A stretch of 64,000 nt of DNA, from NCBI GenBank assembly GCA_038087875.1, contig CM075998.1:5520001-5584000 (forward strand), read 5' to 3'. The position numbers and the translations under genes were made by a program. Shown piece after piece: positions 62,339 through 64,000 of this stretch; position 1 is the stretch's first letter; every line of letters begins with the position of its first letter. The notes under the pieces are model-generated. The model was not told the origin of the DNA. It did no database searches and saw only the letters and a list, made by a program, of their open reading frames with translations. Source of the DNA: Malacoraja senta. Taxonomy: Eukaryota.

Positions 62339-63308
62339 AGGGAACGGGTCCCACTTAGTCTAGTCATATCTATATGGACACTAAACTGTCACTGGTTGCC
62401 ACTGTTTCTTAAAATGGCTACCTATGCAACTTATTTTTTTTAAAGAGTTCTATGAGCTGCAACTGTTGCGAATGCAAGATAAACTCAAATTTGGAGTAAT
62501 GCCTCGTTCAAAGTGTCCCAGCATCTACAGTTCCTTCCGACACATTCAGAGTCTGTCAAGATCTTGGTTTACGCTGGGATAACAAGGTTCCTTCAGATTA
62601 AAAACTATTCATACACTTTACCGGTGTTATCATTCAGGATCCTTGCTTTGTATTAAGTTCTACAAATATATCTAAAGAGCAGGCTGATTATATAGGGATG
62701 CCTCCTATTAGCATTACGATTAAGGAAAAGTTGCAGCAATATTTTTTACATTGGATGGATCTGGCATTCAGGAGATTGAATGGCAATTATTCTTTGCATA
62801 TTTTAGAGCATAACATGACTGTCAGGATCTTAGCAATGTAGCAAGGTGTGTTTAAAGTCAGATCAAGTGACAGTGCTGGGCACAGACTCTCTATTTTACC
62901 AGCACCTATGATATAGATGATGAAGGATCTTGCTGGGAATTGAACACAGGAAGTTAAGTTGTGATTCGATCTAATATTCCAGACAAAGGGAACAGTGTGA
63001 AAGTGGCACTTGAGAGAAGGTTGTGCAAAGCAATAGCTGCCTTCCTCTTCCCCACCCCCTTCCCACTTCTCATTACACATTCATATCTGAATCCGTGGTC
63101 TATATTTGGTTATATGAAAAGCACATCTCTCGATTTATCTGCATAAAGGGTTTGAAAACATCCATTCGGTTTCATAAAGTGCAGCTAAAAGAAAGAGATT
63201 CAATTGTTTAGACCTGGAGTTGGAAAATCATCCTTAATTTGCAATTCGCCCATGCCAAATTCTAACCTTGGGGCCATGCTGATTTCCACAAATGAGCTAG
63301 TGCAGCCT

Positions 63309-63970
63309 CAAGCCCCTTACGTGTCCTTGGCACGCTAATTACGCAACCTCATGGTCACGTTGAGGCGCGACGGTCCCGCGAAGGTCGCGCGCGACTTCAT
63401 GCGTCCGCACAGCCGTCTGGAGCGCGTGACGTCATTTGAAGATAGACACACAAAGCTGGAGTAACTCAGCGGGGACCGGCAGCATCTCTGGAGAGAAGCA
63501 ATGGGTGACGTTTTGGGTCGAGACTCTTCTTCAGTCTGAAAAAAAGGGTCTTGACCCGAAACGTCATCCATTGCTTCTCTCCAGAGAGGCTGCCGGTCCC
63601 GCTGAATTACTCCTGCATTTTGTGTCTATCTCCAATCGTCTTGGCCCCGCTCTGGGAATAGAAGTGGGGGCGGATCCGAACCGCAACGGCCGTGAGCCCC
63701 AGGCTGAGTTCAACGATCGTTTGCCTGCTTCTGCTGCTGTTGGAGGTGAGACGTTGCGTCGCGCCAGGGTCTTGGGCCTGTCCCACTTTGGCCGTCAGTT
63801 CCGCGACAGGCCGTTGGCACGCGGAGATTTCGTTCACTACAAAAATTTCGGAGCCCCGCGCTTCTCCCTCCGCGCTTCTCAGTGGGACCGGCCCCGCGCG
63901 GCCACACGATGCCCGTACGACGAGGTCGCGTAATTTGCGTGCCTAGGACACGTAAGTGGGACAGGGCCTT
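63309..63970. mobile_element. PIF/Harbinger-like MITE remnant with internal inverted pLTR pair
   Basis: CTTACGTGTCCTTGGCACGCTAATTACGC at ~63316 is the inverted match of GCGTAATTTGCGTGCCTAGGACACGTAAG, which runs into a TGGGACAGGGCC end. Confidence 0.6.
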
Positions 63971-64000
63971 TAAAGGAACTGCACTGCCTATCAGAGATCC

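Larger units (their letters stand above)
55164..62363 (+). mobile_element. Non-autonomous Helitron copy 2, interrupted near its 3' end by an ERV
   Basis: A|TCTATACATAACTAAAG ... GGGTCCCACTTAGTCTAG|T. The first ~250 bp, plus 56650-56738 and 62343-62363, match copy 1. The interior differs (GC-rich segment and ~60-bp tandem repeats). Confidence 0.8.

Noticed and set aside
62660..62710. SKEQADYIGMP resembling the AHCY C-terminus
   Set aside because: The match is short, the following GP(F/Y)KP..YRY motif is missing, and there is no exon structure. Likely chance.

Overview
Vertebrate genomic DNA. The repeat content (CR1/HER1-type LINEs, V-SINE/HE1-type SINEs, Penelope pLTR fragments) points to a cartilaginous fish, possibly a skate or ray; this is an inference. 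The only host gene I can support is a divergent aryl hydrocarbon receptor (AHR)-family bHLH-PAS gene on the minus strand. Exon 1 is at 50434-50367 and the bHLH exon 2 is at 15213-15027, separated by a ~35 kb intron that contains a 200-N gap. Later exons were not found and probably lie left of the window. Exon 2 has an apparent 1-bp deletion at KSN/PSKRHR. Most of the rest is transposon debris: CR1, L2, Rex1/Babar, Penelope, V-SINEs, Tc1, PIF/Harbinger-like MITEs and hAT-like pieces. Main observations: (1) a non-autonomous Helitron family (A|TC...hairpin-CTAG|T) whose copies carry different cargo, one having captured exon 1 of ALG13 with its splice donor inside the AHR intron in sense orientation; (2) that captured phase-0 exon would, if spliced to AHR exon 2, restore the frameshifted bHLH frame (hypothesis only); (3) a young but internally deleted class I ERV, with 793-bp near-identical LTRs and a 4-bp TSD, nested in the 3' end of a second Helitron upstream of AHR; (4) many hammerhead-ribozyme-like cores in Penelope pLTR repeats; (5) several fold-back structures.
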